In this document: one piece after another, positions 1 through 9,374 of the stretch
Layout: the number at the start of each line of letters is the position of its first letter
Numbering within the stretch: position 1 is the first letter of the stretch
Assembly: GCA_045863855.1 (NCBI GenBank)
Contig: BTVV01000071.1
Location: forward strand, 1-30,596
Direction of reading: 5' to 3'
Length of the DNA: 30,596 nucleotides
DNA from: Planctomycetota bacterium
GTDB lineage: Bacteria > Planctomycetota > SZUA-567 > H5-PLA8
Translations under genes and position numbers: made by a program
Notes under the pieces: generated by a model
Database searches by the model: none
Seen by the model: only the letters and a program-made list of their open reading frames with translations
Told to the model about the DNA's origin: nothing

Positions 1-2
1 CA

Positions 3-605
3 CGCGGCAGCGGACCGCGCGGTCCGTCCGTGCGCGGTACGTTCAAGCCGTTTGTCGTGGTTACCGTCACGGCACATCACCGCCGCCCCGCGCGCGACTA
101 TACGCACGGCGTGAAAGCCGTACTGGCCAGCTTCCGGCGCCAGGAATCCAGCGTCGTCGCGACGCTCAAGACCACCGCCTACATCGAACAGATCTTCGCG
201 CGGCGCGAAGCCGACGCCGCGGGCGCCGACGAGGCGCTGTTGCTCAACAACGCGGGGCTGCTCTGCGAAGGCAGCGCCTCCAACATCACGCTCGTCCGCG
301 GCGGAGGGCTGGTCGTGCCCGATTCGCAACTCGTCGGCGCGCTGCCGGGAACCATGCAGGTGCTCGCGCTGAAACTCGCGCGCGAAGCCGGCATTCCGGT
401 CACCGAAGCCGCGCTGGGTCCGTGGGATCTGAAGCTCTGCGACGAGGCGTTCCTGACCGGATCGCTGCGCGAGATCACGCCGCTGGTCGGCGTGGGCCGC
501 GAGCCCATCGGGACGGGCCGGCCGGGACCGCTTACGAAGCGGCTGATCCGCGCCTTCCGCGCGCACGTGCTTCGAACGTGTCCGGGCTATCGCTTCAGGC
601 GTTAG
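3..605 (+). CDS. Class IV PLP-dependent aminotransferase (branched-chain/D-amino acid aminotransferase or aminodeoxychorismate lyase family), 5'-truncated by the window edge
   Basis: Frame is open from position 3 (RGSGPRG). Carries the PLP lysine motif LKTTAY, 'DEALLLN..G.LCEGSASN', 'LPGT', 'DEAFLTGSLREITP' and 'G.PGPLT.RL'. Ends at TAG 605. Confidence 0.9.
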   Translation, partial: RGSGPRGPSVRGTFKPFVVVTVTAHHRRPARDYTHGVKAVLASFRRQESSVVATLKTTAYIEQIFARREADAAGADEALLLNNAGLLCEGSASNITLVRGGGLVVPDSQLVGALPGTMQVLALKLAREAGIPVTEAALGPWDLKLCDEAFLTGSLREITPLVGVGREPIGTGRPGPLTKRLIRAFRAHVLRTCPGYRFRR

Positions 606-1269
606 GGTCGTCGGCGGGCGAGGGGAGCCGTTCCATAAAGCGCACGACGATGCCGCGTCCGCGCGCCAGCAGCGAGACGCGCACGCGCCGCCGCCGGCCC
701 CAACTGCTGATCGTCGCTTCGCGCTTGCGGTCGTCGTCGGTGAAGCGCAGCCGCCGCCTCAGGAAGGACGTGCAGCTTGCCGTCAGCGCCGCCGGCAGGT
801 AGCCGATCGGCTCGTCCTCGTGCTTCTTGTCCTTTTCCGGAAGCTTGGCGTGTGGCTTCGGTTCCTTGATCAGCTTCAGCGCGTTCATCTCGGTGTGCTC
901 GGCTTTCGGAGCCGGATGCGACGCCGCGAAGTGGCGCAGCGTCAGCAGCAGCCGCGGGCCCGTTCGCACCGCCCGCAGTTCCGCAGGATACGCCCGCAGC
1001 GGAAGCGCGAACGTCAGCGGGATCAGCGTGCGCGCGATATGTTCGCGGTCCTGATCGTTCAATTCGTCGGAGATCATCTCGTTCAGCCGCTTTGGATCGC
1101 GCTGCAGCGCATCCATCAGGCGCAGCCAGAGTCGGTCGAGTCCGTCGTTGCAGAAGCCCCAAGGACGCTCGAGGTCGCTGAGCTGGCGCGCGTTGGCATA
1201 AGCCGTCAGGTACCGCGCCAACAGGTCGTGGCCGAGGGACTGCGAGGGTTTGCTGCCACCCGAACTCAT
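595..1269 (-). CDS. Hypothetical protein (~224 aa)
   Basis: ORF with protein-like composition, ATG at 1269 (MSSGGSKP), overlapping the convergent aminotransferase end by 11 nt. No family recognised. Confidence 0.6.
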   Translation of the reverse strand: MSSGGSKPSQSLGHDLLARYLTAYANARQLSDLERPWGFCNDGLDRLWLRLMDALQRDPKRLNEMISDELNDQDREHIARTLIPLTFALPLRAYPAELRAVRTGPRLLLTLRHFAASHPAPKAEHTEMNALKLIKEPKPHAKLPEKDKKHEDEPIGYLPAALTASCTSFLRRRLRFTDDDRKREATISSWGRRRRVRVSLLARGRGIVVRFMERLPSPADDPNA

Positions 1270-1364
1270 GGCTTCTGATTTAGTCCGCGCGCGATCCGGT
1301 CGCAAGGCTTTTTGCGCGATTGCGCGGCGAAATCACATGTGCCTGAATGAAAGTGCGGCGCGGC

Positions 1365-2480
1365 TTATCGAAGGCGGCGCAAGCGAATCAAGCCCGCCGC
1401 GCCGCTCGCATCCAACGCATCGACGGCGGCATCGGAAAACGAAGCCGCGGCCCGTGACGCGCCGTTCGGCGCTTGAGCCTTCGCCCATGGGGAAGGGTGT
1501 TCCTGCAGCAAGCTCGCCGCCCATACCGCGCTCAGCAGCGGCGCGGCGGCAAAGAGTTCTCCCGCAAAAAGCTTGGGAACGATGCACGCCGCTTGCGCAC
1601 CGGCGGACGGCCACGCGTCGCGCTCGGCACGATCGTGAACGGAAGGCGCTGCGGCGAATAACAGATCCGGTTTTCCGTGCGCCAGCGCCGCAATCCCGCC
1701 CGGTCCGGCCAGTTGAACGTCGGCCAATTCCGCATACGCCTTCCGGCCGCGGGCCGCCGCCGCGGCTTCGGTCTCCAGCAGCAGCGCCGCTCCGCCTTCG
1801 CCCGGCACGATCCCCTCGGCCGCCCCGCTCCATAAGGCGGGCTGTCCCGACGCGCTCAGCTTCTTCGTGGCGAACAGATGCGCGTGCAGCGCCCGCGTCA
1901 AGCTTTCGCTCGCGCAGACCAGCACCGCCTGCGCGCTTCCGGTCTGCAACTGGTCCGCCGCGAAGCGCAACGCTTCCACGCCCGCAAGCGACTCGCCGCT
2001 GAAGGTCGCCGCCGATCCTTTCAGTCCGAATTCGATGCACAGCAGCGAGGACGGGCTGTTCGCGTAGCCGTGCGTGAACGGAAGCGGCGCGGCAAACTTG
2101 GGATTGGTGGCCTTGACCTTCTTCCAGAAGATCTCCATCGCCTCCAGGCAGCCGAACTGCGTCCCGTACGCGCAACCGATCTCCAGCCCCGCCGGACGCT
2201 TCTCGCGATCCAGCAGCCCCGCGTCTTCCAGCGCCAGTTTGCCCGCCGCCAGCGCGAAGGCGCTCGTGCGGTCCACGAAACTTTTGACGTTGGGGAGGTA
2301 CGTCTCGATTTTGAATTCCGGCGCCTCGAAGCCGAAGGCCGGCGCGCCTTCGGGCGTCTCGAATGCCGTGATCTCCGGCGCGGTTTCGGGCGGATCGGCC
2401 AGGCGCCCGGCCAGCGCATCATGCAGCGTGGGCGCCGCCACGAATCCGATGCCGGTGACGAGGATGCGAGGCGTATGCAC
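1365..2480 (-). CDS. Beta-ketoacyl synthase-like protein lacking the catalytic Cys (chain-length-factor-like)
   Basis: KS N-terminal motifs 'ILVTGIG', 'DRTSAFALAAGKLALEDAGL' and 'P.FTHGYANSPSS..CIEFGLKG'. The active-site segment reads ATFSGESLAGVEAL instead of T.STACSSG. GAGGAG SD upstream. Confidence 0.85.
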   Translation of the reverse strand: MHTPRILVTGIGFVAAPTLHDALAGRLADPPETAPEITAFETPEGAPAFGFEAPEFKIETYLPNVKSFVDRTSAFALAAGKLALEDAGLLDREKRPAGLEIGCAYGTQFGCLEAMEIFWKKVKATNPKFAAPLPFTHGYANSPSSLLCIEFGLKGSAATFSGESLAGVEALRFAADQLQTGSAQAVLVCASESLTRALHAHLFATKKLSASGQPALWSGAAEGIVPGEGGAALLLETEAAAAARGRKAYAELADVQLAGPGGIAALAHGKPDLLFAAAPSVHDRAERDAWPSAGAQAACIVPKLFAGELFAAAPLLSAVWAASLLQEHPSPWAKAQAPNGASRAAASFSDAAVDALDASGAAGLIRLRRLR

Positions 2481-2655
2481 GGCGGACTCCTCAAATCGGC
2501 CTGCGCTATTCCAGAACCTTTTAATTCTTGGCCAACATTCCTGAACCGGTTTGCCGGCGGCGGCTTGTCCGCCGCTGGACGCTTACCCGGTGGCGGTCCA
2601 GCGGCTGCAAGCGGCCGCTGGCACACCGGCTTTCGCGCCGCCGGCACGGCCGAAA

Positions 2656-3222
2656 TTACAACTGGTGCCGGTGATAGATATGCGCGAAGACTTCGTCGCG
2701 CGCAGCGTGGTCCGTCACGAAGATCCCGCGAATCGCACTCGTCACCATCACGCTGCCGGGCTTCTGGACGCCGCGCATCGTCATGCACGTATGCGTCGCC
2801 TCGATCAGCACCGCGACGCCCCGCGCATCGAGCTTTTCCATCAGCAGATCCGCGATCTGGCTGGTCAGGCGTTCCTGCACCTGCAGCCGCCGCGCGAACT
2901 CTTCGACCACCCGAGCGAGCTTGCTCAGCCCCACGATATGCCCGTTCGGCAGGTAACCCACGTGCGCTTTGCCCATGAACGGCATCATGTGGTGTTCGCA
3001 CAGGCTGTAGAAGGGAATGTCCTTCAGCACCACCAACTCGGTATGCGATTCGTCGAAGACCACGTCGAGATGCCGCGCGGGATTCACCGTCATGCCGCTC
3101 AGCAGCTCGCCGTACATCTTCGCCACGCGCCGCGGCGTATCGCGCAGCCCGTCGCGTCCCGGATCTTCGCCCACCGACTTCAAAATGGTGCGTACGGCGT
3201 CCTCGATGTTGGAATCTTTCAC
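2656..3222 (-). CDS. folE: GTP cyclohydrolase I
   Basis: Motifs '[18 protein letters not shown]', '[11 protein letters not shown]', 'GLSKLAR', '[10 protein letters not shown]' and 'HTCMTMRGV'. Likely start is GTG at 3222. Confidence 0.97.
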   Translation of the reverse strand: MKDSNIEDAVRTILKSVGEDPGRDGLRDTPRRVAKMYGELLSGMTVNPARHLDVVFDESHTELVVLKDIPFYSLCEHHMMPFMGKAHVGYLPNGHIVGLSKLARVVEEFARRLQVQERLTSQIADLLMEKLDARGVAVLIEATHTCMTMRGVQKPGSVMVTSAIRGIFVTDHAARDEVFAHIYHRHQL

Positions 3223-3292
3223 GCGTCGGGTTCCTCGCGATTCGTTCGGTGCAGTCAAGGCGGGCAGGACGCGCAAGCGCCCGAACGCCGCG

Positions 3293-4489
3293 TCAGGCTT
3301 CGATGTCCCAGTCCAGCGGTCCGCCGGAGCCGCGCCGGATGCGCCGGTACAGATGGTTTCGCTCGACCGGCACGCCGCCGGTCTCTTCGATCAGGTGATG
3401 CAACTCGTCCACGCCCAAGGCCTGCGGCGTGCTCGCGCCGGCCATATGGTAAATCTTCTCCTGCAAGACCGTCCCGTCCATGTCGCTCGCCCCGTACCCC
3501 AGCGCCAACTGCGCCGTCGCGAGACCCAGCATGATCCAGTAGCTCTTCACGTGCGGAAAATTGTCCAGCATCAGGCGCGAGACCGCGTACATGCGCAGTT
3601 CCTGCATCCCCGTGGGACCGTGCTCCACCTTCAGGCTGTTGTGTTCGGGATGGTAGCTCAGCGGGATAAATGCGAGGAACCCGCCGGTCTCGTCCTGCAG
3701 AGCGCGCAGTTGCAGCAAGTGGTCAATGCGCTGTTCGAGCGTCTCGTAGTGCCCGTGCAGCAGCGTGGCGTTGGACGGCAGTCCCAGGCGGTGCGCAGTG
3801 CGGTGCAGGTCCAGCCATTCCGCCGAGGTTTCTTTGCCTTTGCAGATCACGTCCCGCAGCTTGTCGTCGAGGATCTCCGCGCCGCCGCCGGGAAGCGAGT
3901 CGAGCCCCGCTTCCTTAAGCGCCTGCAACGTCTCGCCCACGCTCAGCTTCTTCAGACCCGCGATGTGGTACACCTCGATGGCCGTGAAGCACTTCAGCCC
4001 CAGCTTCGGATACCGCGCGCGAATCCCGCGCAACATCTCGGTGTAGTATTCGAACGGGAAATCCGGATGCAAGCCGCCCACGACATGCGCCTCGGTGCCC
4101 CCGCGCGCGTAAATCTTCCCCGCTTCTTCGAAGACCTGCTCGAGGTTCATTTCGTAGCCGCCGTCGCGGCGGTCTTTCCCTTTGCGCCGGTAAAAGCTGC
4201 AGAAGGCGCAAGAGAGCGTGCAGTAATTCGAGTAATTGATGTGCCCGTTGTTGACGTAATAGACCGCGCGCCCATGCTTGCGCCGCGCGAACCACTGCGC
4301 CAAGCGGCCCAGCCCGAGCAGATCGCGCGCGCCGAAGAGCGCCAAACCGTCCTCGCGCGTCAGGCGCCGGCCTTCGGCCAGCTTATCGCGAAACGGCGCC
4401 AACTCGGCGCTCACCGCCGGTGGCTGCGCCGGTTCCGCCACGTCCGCCGCCGTGCGCGCCCAAGGCGCCTGGAGGGCCACCGTGCTCAT
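3293..4489 (-). CDS. mqnE: Aminofutalosine synthase MqnE (radical SAM, CofH/MqnC/MqnE family; futalosine menaquinone pathway)
   Basis: CxxxCxxC (CTLSCAFC), 'HVVGGLHP', 'K.FTAIE', 'SLPGGGAEI', '[10 protein letters not shown]', '[18 protein letters not shown]'. Confidence 0.88.
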   Translation of the reverse strand: MSTVALQAPWARTAADVAEPAQPPAVSAELAPFRDKLAEGRRLTREDGLALFGARDLLGLGRLAQWFARRKHGRAVYYVNNGHINYSNYCTLSCAFCSFYRRKGKDRRDGGYEMNLEQVFEEAGKIYARGGTEAHVVGGLHPDFPFEYYTEMLRGIRARYPKLGLKCFTAIEVYHIAGLKKLSVGETLQALKEAGLDSLPGGGAEILDDKLRDVICKGKETSAEWLDLHRTAHRLGLPSNATLLHGHYETLEQRIDHLLQLRALQDETGGFLAFIPLSYHPEHNSLKVEHGPTGMQELRMYAVSRLMLDNFPHVKSYWIMLGLATAQLALGYGASDMDGTVLQEKIYHMAGASTPQALGVDELHHLIEETGGVPVERNHLYRRIRRGSGGPLDWDIEA

Positions 4490-4584
4490 GCCGCCACGAC
4501 TCCGATCGATCCGGAACCCGTCCCGGAAACGGGCCGCAGCTTAACACGAGTCGAGTCCGCTTGCAGGGGAAGCTGGAGTGGCTT

Positions 4585-4878
4585 TCAGTTCGCGCCGAAG
4601 ACCCGCGCGTTGGGGCGGGGCAGGCTCTCGCCTTGCTCCCAGCGCTTGCGCAGCACACGCAGCTTCTTGAGGCTCACGTGATGCCGCGTCGCTTCCTGCC
4701 CGTCGATATGCAGCACCGGAATCTCGTAGCGGTAGCGCTGCCACAACTCCGGGTCTTTCGTGATGTCCACGATTTCCAGCTTGACCGCGCACTCCGACTG
4801 GAACTCCGCCAACGCCCGTTTAGCTTCGTCGCAAAGCGGGCAATCCGGCTTCGAATAAAGCGTCAAGGTCCAGGTCAT
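4585..4878 (-). CDS. Glutaredoxin-like protein (DUF836 type)
   Basis: 'LYSKPDCPLCDEAK' and 'VDI..DPEL..RY..EIPVL.IDG'. Confidence 0.92.
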   Translation of the reverse strand: MTWTLTLYSKPDCPLCDEAKRALAEFQSECAVKLEIVDITKDPELWQRYRYEIPVLHIDGQEATRHHVSLKKLRVLRKRWEQGESLPRPNARVFGAN

Positions 4879-5056
4879 GGCCTCATATCCTTCGACGGGC
4901 TTGCGTACAAGACGGCTTGAATTGCTGCGCCTTCGTACTTAATCGAAACGGTCAAGTGCGATCCTGTTCAGCCGCAGGCGATGAGATATAGTCCACAATT
5001 CGAGATCATCTAATTCGCTAATCTACTTCGTAGGAAACCCAAGGTAAAGACGAATC

Positions 5057-5896
5057 ATGCCGGAACTCCCCGAAGTCGAAACCGTGGTACGCGCGCTGCG
5101 CCCGCTCTTGACCGGCCGGTCCGTAAACGCCGTACGGGTGCTAAACGCTTCCACCGTCGCCGGTTCACTTGTGCCTTTGGCGCGCTTGGCGGGCTTGTCT
5201 ATACAAGCGGTGGAACGGCAGGGAAAATACATCTGGATTCACGGTTCCGGTGAGCGCAGCCTCGTCGTCCATTTGCGCATGACCGGCTGGCTGGGCGTCC
5301 TCTCGCGCGCCGAATTCGACCGCCGCGCCGATCCGTACGTCCGCTTGACGCTGGATCTCGATGTCAAACCCGGCGCCGAACCCGACCTCCTGGTCTTTCG
5401 CGACATCCGCAAATTCGGGCGTGTCTGGGGCGGCCCGACGCAGGCGCTCGCGGCGCTCAAGTCCCTCGCCAAGCTCGGCCCCGATCCGCTGGTCATCGAA
5501 GCCGAGGCGTTTCTGAAACGCCTCCGCGCGCGACGCGGGCGGCTCAAGACCCTCCTGCTCGATCAGACTTTTCTGGCCGGGGTGGGCAACATTTACGCGG
5601 ATGAGGCGCTCTTCCGCGCGGGGATTCATCCGCTTGCCGAAGCGGCGCGCCTGAGCGCCCCGCGCGCCGAGCGCCTGCGCGCCGCGATCGGCGAGATCCT
5701 GCGGCGTTCCATCGAAGCCGGCGGATCGACGATCAGCGACTACTACCATCCCGACGGGCAGCCCGGCTGGTTCGAACGCGAACTGCGCGTGTACGGCCGC
5801 GGCGGGGAAGCGTGCCTGGATTGCGGAGCGAAGATTAAGCGGATCGTGCTGGGGCAGCGCAGCACCTGCTTTTGCCCGAAATGCCAGCGGAAGTGA
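5057..5896 (+). CDS. mutM: Formamidopyrimidine-DNA glycosylase / AP lyase
   Basis: N-terminal MPELPEVETV, 'HLRMTG', 'D.RKFG', H2TH 'LLDQ..LAGVGNIYADEALF' and C-terminal zinc finger CLDC...CPKCQ. Confidence 0.98.
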   Translation: MPELPEVETVVRALRPLLTGRSVNAVRVLNASTVAGSLVPLARLAGLSIQAVERQGKYIWIHGSGERSLVVHLRMTGWLGVLSRAEFDRRADPYVRLTLDLDVKPGAEPDLLVFRDIRKFGRVWGGPTQALAALKSLAKLGPDPLVIEAEAFLKRLRARRGRLKTLLLDQTFLAGVGNIYADEALFRAGIHPLAEAARLSAPRAERLRAAIGEILRRSIEAGGSTISDYYHPDGQPGWFERELRVYGRGGEACLDCGAKIKRIVLGQRSTCFCPKCQRK

Positions 5897-5897
5897 A

Positions 5898-6923
5898 TCA
5901 CGCCTCCGCCGTCGGCGTGCTCTCCAGCCACACCAGCGGCCCGGATGCGTCGGCGCGCACCGGCGCTTCGGACAAATCGGCCGGCAGCAGCACCGTTTGC
6001 CCGGCTGCGAAAGCCCGCCCGCTTAAGCTTCCGCGCCCTTGCAGTGCCATGACGATCTTCGGCGCGCCGTGCGTCGCGATCGTGCCGCCCGCGCCCGCCC
6101 CGGCGCTGAGCCGTACGAGATCGAAGTAGCGCCCCCGCAGCAGCCGCTCCCGCTTTAGCGCCCCTTGCGCTTCGGGCCGAGCGGACACGGTCGGTGCGCT
6201 CATATCGCCTTCGAAATACGCGCCGAAATCGCCGCCGAAGGCGATCGTCTCCAGCGATTCGCGCACATGCAGCGCGCGCGGTTGGCCGTCCAGCCCCGCC
6301 CGGTTGTAGTCGTACACCCGAAAGGTGATGTCGCTGTTCTGCTGAATCTCGGCCACCACCACGCCCGCGCAGATCGCGTGGATCATCCCCGGCGGGATCG
6401 CCAGCACTTCGCCCACGCGCGGCTCGAAATAATGGAGCACCTCCTCGAGCCGCTGCGCGTTCAGCGCTTCCTCGAAACGCGCGCGCGTCACGCCGGGTTT
6501 GAGTCCGCGCTGGATGCGCGCGCCGGGTTCCACGTGCACGATCGCCCAGCATTCGGTCTTGCCGCGGTCGGGAATCCCGAACCTCCGCGCGCCGTCGTCG
6601 TCGGGATGCACCTGCACGCTCAGGTCGTCGCCGGCGTCGACGAACTTCACCAGCAGCGGAAAGCGCGCCGGCTTGCGTGCGGCCAGCTTCGATCCGAGCA
6701 GCTCGGCGCCGCGTTCTTCCATCAGCCGCCGCAGCGTCCAGCCGTCGAACGCGCCGCCCAAGACCGTGCTTTGCGCGTCGGCGCGGTCGGTCAGTTCCCA
6801 GCTCTCGCCGATCTGCCCGCCCGGCGGGCAGGCTTTCCCGTACAGCGTGCCCAGCCTGTTCCCGCCCCAGACTTTCTCGAACAGGACCGGTTGCAGGAAG
6901 AGCGGTTCGCGAATGGTGTTCAT
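5898..6923 (-). CDS. manA: Type I mannose-6-phosphate isomerase (cupin)
   Basis: 'VWGG..L', 'IGESWE', 'FPLLVKFVDA...LSVQVHPDD', 'GKTECW', 'IPPGMIHA', 'EIQQNSDITFRVYDYNR'. ATG at 6923 with GAGAGG SD. Confidence 0.93.
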   Translation of the reverse strand: MNTIREPLFLQPVLFEKVWGGNRLGTLYGKACPPGGQIGESWELTDRADAQSTVLGGAFDGWTLRRLMEERGAELLGSKLAARKPARFPLLVKFVDAGDDLSVQVHPDDDGARRFGIPDRGKTECWAIVHVEPGARIQRGLKPGVTRARFEEALNAQRLEEVLHYFEPRVGEVLAIPPGMIHAICAGVVVAEIQQNSDITFRVYDYNRAGLDGQPRALHVRESLETIAFGGDFGAYFEGDMSAPTVSARPEAQGALKRERLLRGRYFDLVRLSAGAGAGGTIATHGAPKIVMALQGRGSLSGRAFAAGQTVLLPADLSEAPVRADASGPLVWLESTPTAEA

Positions 6924-6988
6924 GGGCGCCTCTCGTCGGAGACCTTCGTCCACGCCCGCGATCTTACTTCGCGCCCGCGGCGCGGTCC

Positions 6989-7025
6989 AAAAAAGAAGCC
7001 CCTCCGCGCGCTGCGAAGGGGCTTC
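6989..7025 (-). terminator. Rho-independent terminator downstream of pgi
   Basis: Minus strand GAAGCCCCTTCGC-loop-GCGGAGGGGCTTC followed by TTTTTT, 40 nt after the pgi stop. Confidence 0.85.
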
Positions 7026-7065
7026 TGGAACCTTGGTCCGGGCGCTGGGCCCGTTTGGACTTGCC

Positions 7066-8652
7066 TTAGGCCGAGTACTTCGTCTCGAACTCCGTCGCGC
7101 CGGGCTTGACCTTCACCTTCTTGTCCGGATTGGCCCCGATGTGGCGCAGAATCCAGTGCACCGCTTCGGCTTCGTCCGGCTTCCCGATCCCGGCGGCGAC
7201 TTCTTCGCTGGTGAACGCCTTGCCCTTGTTCGCGCGCAGATGCGCCATGACTTTGTGCTGCATGTCCAGCACCGCCGCGGCCGCCTTCTTGCCCGCTTCC
7301 ACGCCCGGCTGGTGGTACGCGTTGATGTTCACCAGCACGCCGTAGAAGCCCACCGTCCGCTCGAAGAGCGCGATCAGCTTGCCCACCGTCTCGGCGCTCA
7401 CGTCGTTGACCGTGATCGTCATCGATTCGCGGCCCTTTTCGTACAGCGCGCGGCGCGTGCCCTGCAGGAACCCGTTGAGGTAGTCGCCGCTCGATACGTC
7501 GTTCTCGACCTGCATCGAACGCGAGGCGCGGTCCTTCAGCACCTGGATGAACGTGACGAAGAAATTCGGCACCCCGTCGCGGAGCTGCTGGACGTACGCA
7601 TGCTGGTCGGTGCTGCCCTTGTTGCCGTACACCGCGATGCCCTGGTTCACGACCTTCCCGTCCAGATCGTGCTCCTTGCCCAGCGATTCCATCAGGAGCT
7701 GCTGGAGGTACTTGCTGAACAGCTCCAGCCGGTCCTTATAGGGCAGCAGAACCAGGTCCTTCGCGCCTTTGCCGCCGGTGGCGTGGTACCACATCAGCGC
7801 CATCACGGCCGCGGGATTCTTCTTCGAGTCGTGGACGATCGTATACGCGTCCATCGCCTTTGCGCCCTTCAGCATCGCATCGATGTTCAGGCCCTGCAGC
7901 GCCGCCGGCAGCAGCCCCACCGCCGAGAGTTCCGACGTCCGCCCGCCGACCCAGTCCCACATCGGGAAGCGGTCGAGCCAGCCGTTGGTCTTGGCGTAGT
8001 TGTCCAGTTCGCTCCCGTCGCCCGTCACCGCGACGACGTGCTTCTCGAACTTCAGCTTCGCCGCTTCGTACGCGGCCTTCGCTTCCAGCATCCCGTTGCG
8101 CGTCTCTTTCGTCCCGCCCGACTTCGAGATCACCACCGTGATCGTCTCTTTCAAGCCCGATCCGATGCGCGCCAGCACCGCGTCCATGCCGTCCGGATCG
8201 GTGTTGTCGAAGAAGAACGGGTTGAGCTTGTCCTTCGCGCCGCCCAGCGCCTTCGCCACGAACTGCGGGCCCAGCGCCGAACCGCCGATGCCGACGACCA
8301 GCACGTTCTTGAAGCGCCCGGCCTTCTGCGGCTTGATCTTCCCGGCGTGCACGGCCTTCGAGAACTTCTTGATCTTGGCCAGTGTCCCGTCGATCTCCTT
8401 CTTCGTCGCGGCGTCGGGCGCCAGGCTGGAATCGCGCAGCCAGTAGTGGCCGACCATGCGCTTCTCGTCCGGGTTGGCGATCGCGCCCTTCACCAGATCG
8501 TCCATCGACTTGAACGCCTTCTCGAGCTTCGGCTGCATCTCGGCGAGGAACGAGTCGGAGAAGTTCATGCGGCTGTAATCGAGCGAGACGCCGATCTTGG
8601 GGCATTCCACCTGGCACTGTTTGTACTTTTCCCACAGCGAGCGCGCGGACAT
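7066..8652 (-). CDS. pgi: Glucose-6-phosphate isomerase
   Basis: 'MVGHYWLR', 'GIGGSALGP', '[10 protein letters not shown]', 'DWVGGRTS', '[10 protein letters not shown]', 'GNKGSTDQH', '[12 protein letters not shown]'. ATG at 8652 after AAAGGAAG. Confidence 0.98.
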   Translation of the reverse strand: MSARSLWEKYKQCQVECPKIGVSLDYSRMNFSDSFLAEMQPKLEKAFKSMDDLVKGAIANPDEKRMVGHYWLRDSSLAPDAATKKEIDGTLAKIKKFSKAVHAGKIKPQKAGRFKNVLVVGIGGSALGPQFVAKALGGAKDKLNPFFFDNTDPDGMDAVLARIGSGLKETITVVISKSGGTKETRNGMLEAKAAYEAAKLKFEKHVVAVTGDGSELDNYAKTNGWLDRFPMWDWVGGRTSELSAVGLLPAALQGLNIDAMLKGAKAMDAYTIVHDSKKNPAAVMALMWYHATGGKGAKDLVLLPYKDRLELFSKYLQQLLMESLGKEHDLDGKVVNQGIAVYGNKGSTDQHAYVQQLRDGVPNFFVTFIQVLKDRASRSMQVENDVSSGDYLNGFLQGTRRALYEKGRESMTITVNDVSAETVGKLIALFERTVGFYGVLVNINAYHQPGVEAGKKAAAAVLDMQHKVMAHLRANKGKAFTSEEVAAGIGKPDEAEAVHWILRHIGANPDKKVKVKPGATEFETKYSA

Positions 8653-8808
8653 GGGGCTTCCTTTCGTGGCGGTGCGGCGCTCCGGCAAGCCCTTTTGCGT
8701 ATCGGGCCGCCTGCGCCGCACGACGGGTTGAGGTTCAAGGAACATCCGGATACGCGCGCGATTCTAGCCGGGCAGGAAGGAGTGCAACTGCAAGTCTACA
8801 CGTGCATT

Positions 8809-9303
8809 TCAACAATGATGGCGCAATGAAGAGATGCTAAAGTGCATGGGTGGTTGGCCCGTGTAGGCTTCCAGGTCCATGCATCGAAGCGTAACCCCTG
8901 GAAGGAGTTGCCGAATTCTTTGCAGCCCTTGAGGAGTAATGGACGTGTCTACCAGATACAACGTTTCAAGATGACTTAACTGAACGATATGGTCGATGTG
9001 GGAATCGGTGCAAGCCCAACCGCCCAGCACCAATTTCCTGTGCAGCTCGAATCCCAGTACGTTCTGCGTCTCCGATACGAACCAGTGCGGATTTTTTTCA
9101 AAGAACTGACCTGATCTGTGCGGCCTTCCCATGTCCTCATACCCGTGAACCTGCACGAAGATTCTCATCACTTCCGCTTCCGCTCGAAACTCCCACCAGG
9201 CCGCCGCATACCATGCACCCATGCCGCCCAGCAAAACCGAGGCGAGCAACAGGGTTCGTAAGCTGAAGCGGATGCGAGATATAAACCGGCGGAGCGTTGT
9301 CAC
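8809..9303 (-). CDS. Small membrane-anchored hypothetical protein with RFSLRTLL motif and one LRR-like repeat
   Basis: GTG start with GAGG SD. 'RFSLRTLLL' plus a hydrophobic helix, then 'LSHLETLYLVDTSITPQGLQRIRQLLP' (LRR-like). Visibly lower GC than its neighbours. Confidence 0.8.
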   Translation of the reverse strand: MTTLRRFISRIRFSLRTLLLASVLLGGMGAWYAAAWWEFRAEAEVMRIFVQVHGYEDMGRPHRSGQFFEKNPHWFVSETQNVLGFELHRKLVLGGWACTDSHIDHIVQLSHLETLYLVDTSITPQGLQRIRQLLPGVTLRCMDLEAYTGQPPMHFSISSLRHHC

Positions 9304-9374
9304 GCGTATTTCCTCGGTGTCTACACCCAGGTTACGCCATGCATTGCCCAGACGAAGTAATTCGTGCGTAAAAG

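Noticed and set aside
3293..4489. CofH (F420 biosynthesis) assignment for the radical SAM next to folE
   Set aside because: The [14 protein letters not shown] and [21 protein letters not shown] motifs fit MqnE better, and no cofG/C/D/E genes are present.
4919..4995. GAATTGCTG...AGATATAGTCC resembles group I intron P and S elements
   Set aside because: There is no upstream GACTA (R element) to form P7, the span is too short, and no interrupted host gene is present. It is more simply a divergent promoter region (TATAGT as a -10).
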